A DNA stretch of 63,514 bases. Origin: Actinomycetota bacterium. Lineage in GTDB: Bacteria; Actinomycetota; Acidimicrobiia; Acidimicrobiales; CADCTF01. The notes under the pieces are model-generated. The model did no database searches. It was not told the DNA's origin and worked only from the letters and a program-made list of their open reading frames with translations. Every line of letters begins with the position of its first letter. Position 1 is the first letter of the stretch. This document shows positions 1 to 9,197 of the stretch, one piece after another. A program made the position numbers and the translations under genes. The DNA lies in contig JAHWJU010000003.1 of assembly GCA_019348255.1 (NCBI GenBank), positions 1-63,514 on the forward strand. The letters are read 5' to 3'.

Positions 1-177
1 GGGCAGCAACCAGAGGCAGTCGACGCCCAGCCACTGCAGGTAGTCGAGCTTCTTGCTGATGCCCCGCAGGTCACCGGTGCCGTCATTGTTGGCGTCGAAG
101 AAACCCCGCACCAGCACCTCGTAGAACACGGCGCGCTGGTACCACCGCGGATCGGACAGCTCCAGCGGCTGGCTCAT
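1..177 (-). CDS. treS: trehalose synthase (maltose alpha-D-glucosyltransferase), first 59 codons only; gene runs off the window edge
   Basis: Not in ORF track. Minus-strand ATG at 177-175 reads [59 protein letters not shown], the conserved GH13 TreS N-terminus. It starts 13 nt after the glgE stop. Confidence 0.8.
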   Translation of the reverse strand, partial: MSQPLELSDPRWYQRAVFYEVLVRGFFDANNDGTGDLRGISKKLDYLQWLGVDCLWLLP

Positions 178-190
178 GCGCCCAGGTGGC

Positions 191-2131
191 TCATGCGCCC
201 AGGGGGCGGAGGTGCAGGATGTGGGCCACCTCATCGGCCGGGTCGAGCCTGACGTAGGGGTGGGAGCCCTGCCAGGTGAAGGACTGGTGGGTGAGCTCGT
301 CGTAGGCCTCGAACGGCTGGTCGAGGGGGAGTCCCATGGCGGCAAGGTCGAGGTCGAGGGTGCAGTCGTGCACGGACCACGGGTCGAGGTTCACCGCCAC
401 CAGGACGATGTCGGAGCCGTCGTCGCTCACCTTCGAGTAGGCGAGGATGTCGGCGTTGGTGGCCGGGTGGAACATGATGTTACGAAGCCGGTGCAGCGCC
501 GGGTGCCGCCGCCGGATGTCGTTGACGAGCGTGATGTAGGGCGCCAGCGATCGGGGCTCGTCCCAGTTGCGTTGGCGGATCTCGTACTTCTCGGAGTGGA
601 AGTACTCCTCGTTGGTGTCGGACATCGGCTCGTTCTCACACAGCTCGTAGCCCGAGTAGAGCCCGTAGCTGGGAACGAGGGTGGCAGCCAGCACGAGCCG
701 GAGCTTGAACGCCGACCTGGGTCCGTTGCGCAGGGGCCCTGCCAGGATGTCGGGAGTGTTGGGCCAGAAGTTCGGCCGCATGAAGTCGGCCTTCGGGCCG
801 AGGGCGATCTCCTCCACGTAGTCCACCAGATCCTCGCGCTCGTCGCGCCAGGTGAAGTAGGTGTAGCTCTGGCTGAAGCCCACCTCGGCCAACTTGGCCA
901 TGACCTTCGGGCGGGTGAACGCCTCGGCCAGGAAGAAGACGTCGGGATGCTCCTCCTGCACCGCCGGGATCACCCACTCCCAGAACGCCATCGGCTTCGT
1001 GTGGGGGTTGTCGACCCGGAAGATCCTCACCCCCTTGCCGATCCAGAAGTCGAGGACCTCCTTGCACGCCGCCCACAGCGCCTCGCGATCGGCTTCCTCA
1101 TCGGGCCAGAAGTTGATCGGGTAGATGTCCTGGTACTTCTTGGGCGGGTTCTCGGCATAGGCGATGGTGCCGTCGGGCCGGTGGTGGAACCACTCAGGGT
1201 GCTCGCTGACCCAGGGGTGGTCGGGGGAGCACTGCAGCGCGTAGTCGAGGGCGATCTCGAGGCCGAGCTCGTGGGCCTTCAGCACCAGGTCCTCGAAGTC
1301 GGTGAGCGTGCCGAGGTCGGGGTGGATGGCGGTGTGGCCGCCCTCGGGGCCGCCGATGGCCCAGGGGCTGCCGGGATCGTCGGGGGTCGCCGTCAGGGTG
1401 TTGTTGGGGCCCTTGCGGAACTGGCGGCCGATGGGGTGGATGGGCGGGAAGTAGACGATGTCGAAGCCCATCTCGGCCACGGCCGGCAGCCGGTTGCGGG
1501 CCCCTTGGAGGCCTCCCTCGCTGCGGGGGAAGAACTCGTACCAGGCGCCGTGCAGGGCCCGTTCCCGGTCGACCCACAACGGGACGGTGTCGCTGCGGGT
1601 CACCTGTGACGGGTCCGCGGGGCCGTAGAGCAGAGCCTGCACCGCCGGCGTGAGCGCCGGGGCCAGCCGCTCACCCGCATGCAGCGACGTGTCCCGTAGC
1701 ACCCCCGCCACCCCCTGCAGCGCCCCGGCATCGGCATCGGCGAGGTCGGCCACCGCGGCATCGACCAGCCGGGCGCCCTCCTCCAGCTCGGTGGCGATCT
1801 CCTGGCCGGCGGCCAGCTTCGTCTCGGCCTTGTGCCGCCAGGTCGCGTACTGGTCGGTCCACGCCTCCACCACCAGCTCGTGGCGGCCGAGCGTGGAGGG
1901 GACGAGCGTGCCCGTCCACCGGTCCAGCCCGGCGTTCAGGAGGGTCAGGGGCGTCTCGTTCCAGTCCTCTTTGTCCGCGGCCCGCCAGCAGAGCCGGCCG
2001 GCCAGGATGTCATGCCCGTCCCGGAACACGTCCGCGCTCACCGTGACCGTCTCGCCGACGACCACCTTCGCCGGGTACTGCCTCGTGGGCGTGGCCGGGC
2101 GTATGTCGTCAATGACGATGCGACCGATCAT
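191..2131 (-). CDS. glgE: alpha-1,4-glucan:maltose-1-phosphate maltosyltransferase
   Basis: ORF 191..2251 trimmed to ATG 2131 ([27 protein letters not shown], typical GlgE N-domain). GH13 catalytic motifs [10 protein letters not shown] and FLAEAFT are present. treS lies directly downstream. Confidence 0.9.
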   Translation of the reverse strand: MIGRIVIDDIRPATPTRQYPAKVVVGETVTVSADVFRDGHDILAGRLCWRAADKEDWNETPLTLLNAGLDRWTGTLVPSTLGRHELVVEAWTDQYATWRHKAETKLAAGQEIATELEEGARLVDAAVADLADADAGALQGVAGVLRDTSLHAGERLAPALTPAVQALLYGPADPSQVTRSDTVPLWVDRERALHGAWYEFFPRSEGGLQGARNRLPAVAEMGFDIVYFPPIHPIGRQFRKGPNNTLTATPDDPGSPWAIGGPEGGHTAIHPDLGTLTDFEDLVLKAHELGLEIALDYALQCSPDHPWVSEHPEWFHHRPDGTIAYAENPPKKYQDIYPINFWPDEEADREALWAACKEVLDFWIGKGVRIFRVDNPHTKPMAFWEWVIPAVQEEHPDVFFLAEAFTRPKVMAKLAEVGFSQSYTYFTWRDEREDLVDYVEEIALGPKADFMRPNFWPNTPDILAGPLRNGPRSAFKLRLVLAATLVPSYGLYSGYELCENEPMSDTNEEYFHSEKYEIRQRNWDEPRSLAPYITLVNDIRRRHPALHRLRNIMFHPATNADILAYSKVSDDGSDIVLVAVNLDPWSVHDCTLDLDLAAMGLPLDQPFEAYDELTHQSFTWQGSHPYVRLDPADEVAHILHLRPLGA

Positions 2132-2265
2132 CCCTGCGTGCCTACCACGCAGCGCCGGCTGATGAAACCTGACAGGCGGTGCACCCCGATCCCGGGGGCC
2201 GCCCGGGCTCCGGGTCGGGGCACGACCAGGACGGGCTGCGGCGCCACCCACTACCTTCGTGGCCG

Positions 2266-4797
2266 ATGAAGGCGCTGCGTAGTTTCACGGTCCGGCCCCA
2301 GCTACCTCCGGCACTGGCGCCACTGCACGAGTTGGCGATGAACCTGCGGTGGTCGTGGGACGACCGGACCCGTGAGCTGTTCCGGTGGGTCGACCCCCTC
2401 CAGTGGGAGGTGACGGGCCACGACCCGGTGGCGCTGCTCGGGCTGGTCCAGCGGGGACGGCTCGAGGCCCTGGCCAAAGACCCGGACTTCACCAGCTTCC
2501 TGGCCCAGGTGCACGGGGACCTGCGGCGCTACCTGGACGGCGAGCGCTGGTTCCAGTCCCGCTCCGGCGGGGCTCTCCGCCACGTCGCCTACTTCTCCCC
2601 CGAGTTCGGGATCGCCGAGGCTCTGCCGCAGTACTCGGGGGGACTGGGGGTGCTCGCCGGCGACCACCTCAAGGCCGCCAGCGGGCTGGGGGTGCCGTTG
2701 GTGGGCATCGGCCTGTTCTACCGGCAGGGCTACTTCCGCCAGGAGCTGAGCGCCGACGGGTGGCAGCAGGAGCGCTATCCCGTGCTCGACCCCCACGCGA
2801 TGGCCATCAGCGCGGTCGACGGGGCCACGGTCGTGGTCGACCTGGCGGGGACACCGCTGCACGCCCGCATCTGGAGAGCGGACGTGGGACGTGTGCGCCT
2901 CTACCTCCTCGACTCCGATGTCGAGGAGAACGATGCCGAGGGACGGCTGGTGACGGACCGGCTCTACGGGGGCGACCCCCAGGAGCACCGCATCCGCCAG
3001 GAGATCCTGCTCGGTGTCGGTGGCGTGCGGGCCCTCGAAGCGCTGGGGGAACCGGTGCAGGTCTTTCACACCAACGAGGGCCATGCCGGGTTCCTCGGCC
3101 TCGAGCGCATCCGCCGCTTCATCACCAAAGACGGGCTCACGTTCACCGAGGCGGTCGAGGCGGCGCGGGCGGGCACCCTCTTCACGACCCACACCCCCGT
3201 CCCCGCCGGCATCGACCAGTTCGAGCGCCCCCTCATGAGCCGCTACTTCAAGGCGTGGGCCGACGAGTGCGGCATCACCTTCGACGAGCTCATGGCTCTG
3301 GGGCACTTCCCGGGGGTGCCGGCGGAGGCTCCGTTCAACATGGCCGTGATGGGCCTGAGGCTGGCCGGCATGTCCAACGGGGTGTCCAAGCTCCACGGCA
3401 GCGTGAGCCGCACCATGTTCAGGAGCCTGTGGCCGGACATGCCTGCCGAGGAGGTGCCGATCACCTCTGTCACCAACGGGGTCCACGGCAGCACCTGGGT
3501 CGCACCGGAGATGGGCGACCTCATCGCCCGCCACGTACTGCCCACCTGGAACGAGGCCACCAGCGAGGACTGGGCCCGCATCGAGTCGGTTCGGGACGAC
3601 GAGCTGTGGAGGGCCCGGGAGCAGTGCCGCGACCGGCTGGTGACCTTCGTGCGCCGGCGACTCCAGGCATCGCTGCTGGCCCGGGGGATGAGCGCCTCCG
3701 ACGCCGCCTGGGCCGACGAGGCGCTGGACCCGCGCATCCTCACCCTCGGCTTCGCCCGCCGCTTCGCCACCTACAAGCGGGCCAACTTGCTGCTCAGCCA
3801 GCCGGAGCGGCTCAAGGCCCTCCTGCTGTCGACCGACCGGCCGGTCCAGTTCGTCTTTGCCGGCAAGGCCCACCCCCAGGACGATGCCGGCAAGGAGATG
3901 ATCCGCCAGATCATCTCCTTTTCCAGCGATCCCGACGTGCGCCACCGCATCACCTTCGTCCCCGATTACGACATCGCCGTGGCCCGGGTGATGTACCAGG
4001 GTTGCGACGTCTGGCTGAACAACCCCCGGCGACCGTTGGAGGCCTGCGGCACGAGCGGCGAGAAGGCGGCTCTCAACGGGGCGCTCAACTGCTCGATCCT
4101 CGACGGCTGGTGGGACGAGATGTTCGACGGCGAGAACGGCTGGGCCATCTCGTCGGCCGAGACCTACGAAGATCTCGCCCGCCGCGACTGGGTGGAGGCC
4201 TCGAGCCTGTTCGACATCCTCGAACGTCAGGTGGTGCCCCTGTTCTACGACCGCTCCGAGGGGCCGGTGCCCCGACGGTGGGTGCGGCGGGTGAAAGGCG
4301 CCCTCCGGTCACTCGGGCCCCAGGTGCTGGCGTCTCGGATGGTCCGCGACTACGTCGAGCACCTCTACGACCCCATCGGAGCCCAGGCCGACGCCCTGGG
4401 GGCGAACGGCCACGCCCGAGCCCGCGCCCTGGCCTCGTGGAAGGCCCGGGTCGGCGCCGGCTGGGGAGGGGTGCGGGTGCTCTCCGTCGAAGGCGGGGCC
4501 GCCGTCAGCAACCTCGGCGCCGCTCGCCACGTCGAGGCGGTGGTCGAGCTCGGTGCGCTCGACCCCGACGACGTGGCAGTGGAGCTGCTGAAGGGGACGG
4601 TGGGGCCCAACGACGAGCTGATCGCCCCGGTGAACCAGACCATGACCTTCACCGGCAAGGAGGACGGCGGCCGCTTCCGCTACTCCGCCGAGTTCGACTG
4701 CGACACGCCGGGACGGTACGGCTTCACCATCCGGGTCGTGCCCCACCATCCCGACCTGCTGTCCCCGGTCGAGTTGGGCTGCGCTTCCTGGGCCTGA
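2266..4797 (+). CDS. glgP: alpha-glucan (maltodextrin/glycogen) phosphorylase, GT35 family
   Basis: ORF 2179..4797 trimmed to ATG 2266 (MKALRSFTVRPQLP). Contains NLRWSWD, HTNEGHAGF and the PLP-lysine region CGTSGEKAALNG. Confidence 0.9.
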   Translation: MKALRSFTVRPQLPPALAPLHELAMNLRWSWDDRTRELFRWVDPLQWEVTGHDPVALLGLVQRGRLEALAKDPDFTSFLAQVHGDLRRYLDGERWFQSRSGGALRHVAYFSPEFGIAEALPQYSGGLGVLAGDHLKAASGLGVPLVGIGLFYRQGYFRQELSADGWQQERYPVLDPHAMAISAVDGATVVVDLAGTPLHARIWRADVGRVRLYLLDSDVEENDAEGRLVTDRLYGGDPQEHRIRQEILLGVGGVRALEALGEPVQVFHTNEGHAGFLGLERIRRFITKDGLTFTEAVEAARAGTLFTTHTPVPAGIDQFERPLMSRYFKAWADECGITFDELMALGHFPGVPAEAPFNMAVMGLRLAGMSNGVSKLHGSVSRTMFRSLWPDMPAEEVPITSVTNGVHGSTWVAPEMGDLIARHVLPTWNEATSEDWARIESVRDDELWRAREQCRDRLVTFVRRRLQASLLARGMSASDAAWADEALDPRILTLGFARRFATYKRANLLLSQPERLKALLLSTDRPVQFVFAGKAHPQDDAGKEMIRQIISFSSDPDVRHRITFVPDYDIAVARVMYQGCDVWLNNPRRPLEACGTSGEKAALNGALNCSILDGWWDEMFDGENGWAISSAETYEDLARRDWVEASSLFDILERQVVPLFYDRSEGPVPRRWVRRVKGALRSLGPQVLASRMVRDYVEHLYDPIGAQADALGANGHARARALASWKARVGAGWGGVRVLSVEGGAAVSNLGAARHVEAVVELGALDPDDVAVELLKGTVGPNDELIAPVNQTMTFTGKEDGGRFRYSAEFDCDTPGRYGFTIRVVPHHPDLLSPVELGCASWA

Positions 4798-4836
4798 CCA
4801 GGCCTCGCGTCAGCCAACCCGGCCGGGTGCTGCCAC

Positions 4837-5058
4837 CTAGAGGACTTCGCGGTCGCGGACCACGACCCTGTCGCTGCCGCCGCGGTTGAAGCCGCCCCAG
4901 CTGTTCCAGAACATCATGGACGTGATGAGGCCGATGACGCCCACGATCATGAGGATCACACCGACGGTGTCCAAGTCGACGCCCGACACCGACGCGTTGA
5001 TGGCGAAGGTGAGGATGGCGCCGACTGCGAGAAGGAAGACGCTGACTCCGATACCCAT
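4837..5058 (-). CDS. small two-TM membrane protein (DUF6458-like; family call tentative)
   Basis: Last 73 codons of ORF 4837..5325, from ATG 5058 with GGAGGT 9 nt upstream. MGIGVSVFLLAVGAILTF and VGVILMIVGVIGLITSMMFW are hydrophobic helices. The upstream part of the ORF is Arg/Pro-rich shadow sequence. Confidence 0.6.
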   Translation of the reverse strand: MGIGVSVFLLAVGAILTFAINASVSGVDLDTVGVILMIVGVIGLITSMMFWNSWGGFNRGGSDRVVVRDREVL

Positions 5059-5122
5059 CTTTGGTTGACCTCCGGCCGCCCCGCTGGGCGCTCGATGAAC
5101 GATGAATACGTTCCCGCCGTCC

Positions 5123-5147
5123 CCGCTCGGCAAACCACGCCGAGCGG
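5123..5147 (-). terminator. GC-rich hairpin downstream of the crotonase gene (candidate intrinsic terminator, no U-tract)
   Basis: CCGCTCGGC (5123-5131) pairs with GCCGAGCGG (5139-5147), a perfect 9-bp stem with a 7-nt loop. It lies 9 nt beyond the stop at 5156. Confidence 0.3.
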
Positions 5148-5155
5148 CCGGTTCG

Positions 5156-5932
5156 TCACCGCCCGCTGAAGCGAGCCCGCCCCGGGCCGTGTTCGAGGAA
5201 GGACCTGATGCCGGTGCCCGCGTCCTCGGTGGCGAAGGCCCGGGCGAACAGCTCCCGCTCCAGCTCCAACCCGGCGGGCAGCGGTAGGTCGGCGCCGGCG
5301 TCGATGGCCTGCTTGACCAGCGCATGGGCCAGCACCGGGCCCCGCGCCACGTCCGCCGCCCACGCCGAGGCGGCCTCGAAGACGTCGCCGGCGGCCACGA
5401 CCCGGTCGGCCAGCCCGATCCGCAGCGCCTCCTCGGCGTCCACCTGACGGCCGCTCACGATCAACTCCTTGGCTCGGGCCGCTCCCACCAACCGGGGCAG
5501 CCGCTGCGTCCCGCCGCCGCCGGGGATGATGCCGAGGAGGATCTCCGGTTGGCCGAGCCTGGCGTTGTCGGCCACCACCCGGAAGTCACAGGCGAGCGCC
5601 AGCTCACAACCGCCGCCCAGGGCGTAGCCGTTGACAGCGGCGATGACGATGCGGGGGATGGCGGCCACGGCGTCCAGGGCGGCGGCGAAGGCGCCGGCCA
5701 CCTCCGTGGCGACCGCCGGCCCGCCGAACTCGCCGATGTCGGCACCGGCGGCGAATATCCGCTCGCCGCCCCACACCACCACCGCTCCCGGCGGGTCGGC
5801 CACCAGCTCGGCCGCCACCTGGGCCAGCTCCTGGAGCAGCCGACGGGACAGAGCGTTCATCTTCGGGTGGTCGAGGCGCACCACGGCCACCCCGTCGGCG
5901 CGGCGGTCGAGGGTCACCAACCGCTCAGTCAT
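5156..5932 (-). CDS. enoyl-CoA hydratase/isomerase (crotonase family)
   Basis: ORF 5156..6394 trimmed to ATG 5932 (MTERLVTLDRRADGVAVVRLDHPKMNAL). Crotonase oxyanion-hole motifs FAAGADI and AAVNGYALGGGCELALACD are present. It overlaps the meaB stop by 8 nt. Confidence 0.85.
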   Translation of the reverse strand: MTERLVTLDRRADGVAVVRLDHPKMNALSRRLLQELAQVAAELVADPPGAVVVWGGERIFAAGADIGEFGGPAVATEVAGAFAAALDAVAAIPRIVIAAVNGYALGGGCELALACDFRVVADNARLGQPEILLGIIPGGGGTQRLPRLVGAARAKELIVSGRQVDAEEALRIGLADRVVAAGDVFEAASAWAADVARGPVLAHALVKQAIDAGADLPLPAGLELERELFARAFATEDAGTGIRSFLEHGPGRARFSGR

Positions 5933-6917
5933 CGGACGGTTCCTGGTCGTCTTCGCCGCCGGGGCGGCCGGCTCCGGCACGGCGCAGGATGTCCTCGGCG
6001 GCGCCGTAGGGATCGAGCTCGCGATCGAGCACCGCCCGGCGCAGCCTGGCGAACGGCTCGCCCCGGCACAGCTCGTGGGCCCGTTGCTCGAGTCGCCGCG
6101 CCACGATCTCCCGCAGCTCGTCGTCGATCCTGCGGGCCCGCCGCGCCTCCAGCTCGCCGCTGGACGCGAGGAACGAGTGGTGGCCTTCGATCGCCTCCCA
6201 CAGCTCGGCCACGCCTTGCCCCGCCACGGCGACCGTCTCGATGATCGGGGGCCGGTGCCGCTCCCGGGTGGCGTAATCGAGCGCCTCCTGCAGGTCCCGC
6301 CGGGCCTGCTGGGCACCCGGGCGGTCCGCCTTGTTGATGACGAAGATGTCCGCCACCTCCAGAAGACCTGCCTTGTTCGCCTGCACGGCGTCACCCCAGC
6401 CCGGGTTCACCACCACCACCGTGGTGTCGGCGGCGCCGGCCACCTCCACCTCGACCTGTCCCACGCCCACCGTCTCCACGAACACCAGCGGCAGGCCGGC
6501 GGCGTCGAGCACCCGGATGGCCTGGGGCGTGGCCAGCGCCAACCCGCCGAGGTGGCCTCTGGTGGCCATCGACCTGATGTAGACGCCGGCGTCGAGGGCG
6601 TGGTCCTGCATCCGCACCCGGTCGCCGAGGATGGCCCCGCCCGTGAAGGGCGACGACGGGTCGATGGCCAGCACGCCCACCTCACTGCCGGTCCTGCGCA
6701 CCACCTCCACCAGCCGGTTGGTGAGGGTGGACTTGCCGGAGCCGGGGGCGCCGGTGATGCCGATGCTGTAGGCCTGCCCCCCCAGGGGATAGGTCAGCCG
6801 GCCCACCTCCTGGGCGGCCGCACCCCCCCGCTCGACCAGGGAGAGCAGCCGGGCCACGGCGCCGCGGTCGCCGGCGACGGCGGCGCTCACCAGTGCGTCC
6901 GGATCGCGGCTGCGCAC
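5925..6917 (-). CDS. meaB: methylmalonyl-CoA-mutase-associated G-protein chaperone (MeaB/ArgK family GTPase)
   Basis: P-loop GITGAPGSGKSTL, the Switch region VETVGVGQ and the NKAD box (VINKADR). GTG start at 6917. Confidence 0.9.
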   Translation of the reverse strand: MRSRDPDALVSAAVAGDRGAVARLLSLVERGGAAAQEVGRLTYPLGGQAYSIGITGAPGSGKSTLTNRLVEVVRRTGSEVGVLAIDPSSPFTGGAILGDRVRMQDHALDAGVYIRSMATRGHLGGLALATPQAIRVLDAAGLPLVFVETVGVGQVEVEVAGAADTTVVVVNPGWGDAVQANKAGLLEVADIFVINKADRPGAQQARRDLQEALDYATRERHRPPIIETVAVAGQGVAELWEAIEGHHSFLASSGELEARRARRIDDELREIVARRLEQRAHELCRGEPFARLRRAVLDRELDPYGAAEDILRRAGAGRPGGEDDQEPSDD

Positions 6918-6962
6918 CGTTGCGCGCGGAATGCAGGCGGGTGCGGGGTCCAGGTGCGGAGG

Positions 6963-7226
6963 CTATCCCTCGATGGCGAGGGGGTCGATGTCGAAGTCGA
7001 TCCCCTTGGCCCGCACCTCGGTGAGCCCGGGTACCCGGTCCAACAGGATGCGCTGGATCCCCGCCTTCAAGGTCATGGAGGACATCGGGCAGCCGCCACA
7101 GGCGCCCATCAGCTCGATGTCCACCCGCCCCGTCTCCTCGTCGAGCTCGATCACGCGCATGTCGCCCCCGTCGGACTGCAGGGCGGGGCGGATGGCTTCG
7201 ACGGCTTCCAGCAGGGCGGTTTCCAC
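6963..7226 (-). CDS. NifU-like Fe-S cluster assembly domain protein
   Basis: 87 aa containing MGACGGCPMSSMTLK, the CxxC signature of the NifU C-terminal domain. Confidence 0.85.
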   Translation of the reverse strand: METALLEAVEAIRPALQSDGGDMRVIELDEETGRVDIELMGACGGCPMSSMTLKAGIQRILLDRVPGLTEVRAKGIDFDIDPLAIEG

Positions 7227-7241
7227 GACGGATGCATCTCC

Positions 7242-8069
7242 TCAGATCGGACGCCAACCATTCTCCCACCGTTCAACGGTCAAGGGCACCTGTGGCTTCC
7301 CGGGCGCGGCCACCAGCACCTCCAGGATCGAGCCGTTCTCGGCAACGGCGGTGACGGCCACGGCCAAGCCGGCGTCGAGGAGCCCCAGGCCGCGGCCCCA
7401 CACCTCGGCCAACCAGCCGCAGGGAAGCACGGCTCGATCGTCCTCGATGACGGCGGCGGCGGGCTCGACGCAGAGCTCCACGTCGGCGGGCCGGCCGAGC
7501 CAGCCCATCTCCCGCAGCGCCGGCCGTGCCCGCACGGCGGTCGGGACCATGAGTCGGTCGAGCCGGCCCCGCGCGGCCAGGGTGGCGGCCACCGACGCCT
7601 GGAGACGCAGCTGGAGGATGGGCGGGAGGCTCAACACGTAGAGCAGCCCCAGGCGGCTGGCGGCCGCCCTCTCGGCCGGCCCCGCCACCTGGCCCAGGCG
7701 GTCCAGCGCAACCCGGTCACTGCGGCGGCGGGCGTTCGAGCGCAGCGCGGTCAGGTGCGACCGCCACCGCGTCACCTCGGCCCGCCGGGCAGTGGCGAGC
7801 CGGTCGTTCAGCTCCACCCCTTCGGTGGCGAGCCGGGCCCCCACCGTGAAAATGGCCGCCTCCTCGTGCTGGGCCACCCATGCGTCCAACAGGTCGAGGC
7901 ACGGGCAGCGTTCGCCCCCCAGGGCCACGAGCGCCAGCTCCGCTTCGGGATCGAGGTGGTCGGCCAGGAAGAACTCACCCTCCCGCCACACCAGCCGGTG
8001 GTGCTCGGCCCCGGCCGGTCCCTGTGCCTGCACCTCGGCCAGCCCCTCCCACCACGCCGGCGGCGTCAC
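7242..8069 (-). CDS. hypothetical protein (no motif recognised)
   Basis: ORF 7242..8222 trimmed to GTG 8069, which overlaps the upstream stop as GTGA (8066-8069). High GC3 in this frame. The upstream part of the ORF is Arg-rich shadow sequence. Confidence 0.55.
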   Translation of the reverse strand: MTPPAWWEGLAEVQAQGPAGAEHHRLVWREGEFFLADHLDPEAELALVALGGERCPCLDLLDAWVAQHEEAAIFTVGARLATEGVELNDRLATARRAEVTRWRSHLTALRSNARRRSDRVALDRLGQVAGPAERAAASRLGLLYVLSLPPILQLRLQASVAATLAARGRLDRLMVPTAVRARPALREMGWLGRPADVELCVEPAAAVIEDDRAVLPCGWLAEVWGRGLGLLDAGLAVAVTAVAENGSILEVLVAAPGKPQVPLTVERWENGWRPI

Positions 8070-9193
8070 CGCCGGATCTCCAGGCTCAACACCTCGCCGG
8101 CGTCGAGAAGGCACACCGTCACCGTTCGCCACTCCGCCCCCAGCCCCGGGTCGAAGCGGATCGTCGTGTCTCCTACCGGCGCGCCCCCGTAGGCGCCACC
8201 GGCGTCGTCGACTGCGGCCCACACCGCGCCGGGCGCCTCGGGGAAACCCACGGCCAGCAGCCGCCAGTGGTCACCCCAGTCCTCGAGCGAGCCCACCGTC
8301 CAGCCGCCGGCGCTGTCGGGAAGCCGCCCGGCCACCGCGATCACCCGCCGCAGCCCACGATCGCCGGAGGCGGGCTGCACGATGCGCGCCCACGCCGGGG
8401 GAACCGGGGCCGCCGAGCCGCCTCCATCCCCCTCCACCCAGCCGGCACCGGCGAGGGCGGCGTGGAAGGTGGCGCCTACGCCGTATGCGTCCCGCTGTGG
8501 CCCCGGGCTGCCCAGAGCACCGAACGCCGCCGCAGCCGCTACCAGGCGGGAGTGGGCGCCGTTCATGGTTTCCACCGTCGGGCAGCGCCGCACCGCCGCC
8601 AGCTGCTGGCGAGCCAGCCATTCGAGATAGGTCGGGGCGCCGGCCGCAGACCTCTGCACGGCCAAGGTGCCCACAGCCACCGCGTCATCCAGGTCGACGG
8701 ACACTGCGCAGCCCGGCTTCATCTCCACGATCATGGTGCCATCACCGGGAGCGGGAGCCGGGCTCAGCTCGCAGATGCTGTCCACGCCGTCGCCGTCGAC
8801 GAACCGCAGGATCCACCGATCGCTCCACAGCTCCACCGAGGTGAGCACCCCGCCGTCCGAGCCCGGCACCACCCGCCCCACCGGGACCACGCCCTCGAGC
8901 GCAGCCGGCGGCTCGGCACGAGCCCAACGATGCAGCGTCGACAGCTCCGGCAGGCCGGTCACCAGCCAGTCCACCCCCCGCACCGCCAGTGCGTCGGCCG
9001 TCTCCGCCAGCACCGCGTCCAGCGCGGACGCGGCGACGAGGCCGGCGCCGGCCAACGCAAGGCCGGCGTCGACGAGCTCCTGCAGGGCCGCCGCGATCTC
9101 CTCGGTCAACGTTGCCGCCCCGTCGCCGGAGGGCCCCTCGGCTTCGGCGATCACCTCCTCCGAGCGCAGGCGCAGGTAGTTCTCCGGCTCCAC
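8066..9193 (-). CDS. hypothetical protein with an internal duplicated module (no family recognised)
   Basis: ORF 8066..9427 trimmed to GTG 9193, 4 nt after the murA stop. Two similar segments are present: GRVVPGSDGGVLTSVELWSDRWILRFV and GRLPDSAGGWTVGSLEDWGDHWRLLAVGF. Confidence 0.55.
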   Translation of the reverse strand: MEPENYLRLRSEEVIAEAEGPSGDGAATLTEEIAAALQELVDAGLALAGAGLVAASALDAVLAETADALAVRGVDWLVTGLPELSTLHRWARAEPPAALEGVVPVGRVVPGSDGGVLTSVELWSDRWILRFVDGDGVDSICELSPAPAPGDGTMIVEMKPGCAVSVDLDDAVAVGTLAVQRSAAGAPTYLEWLARQQLAAVRRCPTVETMNGAHSRLVAAAAAFGALGSPGPQRDAYGVGATFHAALAGAGWVEGDGGGSAAPVPPAWARIVQPASGDRGLRRVIAVAGRLPDSAGGWTVGSLEDWGDHWRLLAVGFPEAPGAVWAAVDDAGGAYGGAPVGDTTIRFDPGLGAEWRTVTVCLLDAGEVLSLEIRR

Positions 9194-9197
9194 CGGT

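Noticed and set aside
176-1609. 477-aa plus-strand ORF across the glgE region
   Set aside because: It is antisense to a gene with clear GlgE motifs. The translation is Gly/Val/Arg/Asp-rich low-complexity sequence, typical of high-GC shadow frames.
2302-4889. 547-aa minus-strand ORF and 834-aa plus-strand ORF overlapping glgP
   Set aside because: They are the antisense frame and the +1 frame of glgP. They are Arg/Pro/Gly-rich with no motifs. The glgP frame carries the conserved phosphorylase motifs.
5631-8192. 853-aa plus-strand ORF
   Set aside because: It runs antisense through the crotonase gene, meaB, the NifU-like gene and a hypothetical gene. It has no domain signature. The minus-strand genes are each supported by motifs and start/stop coupling.
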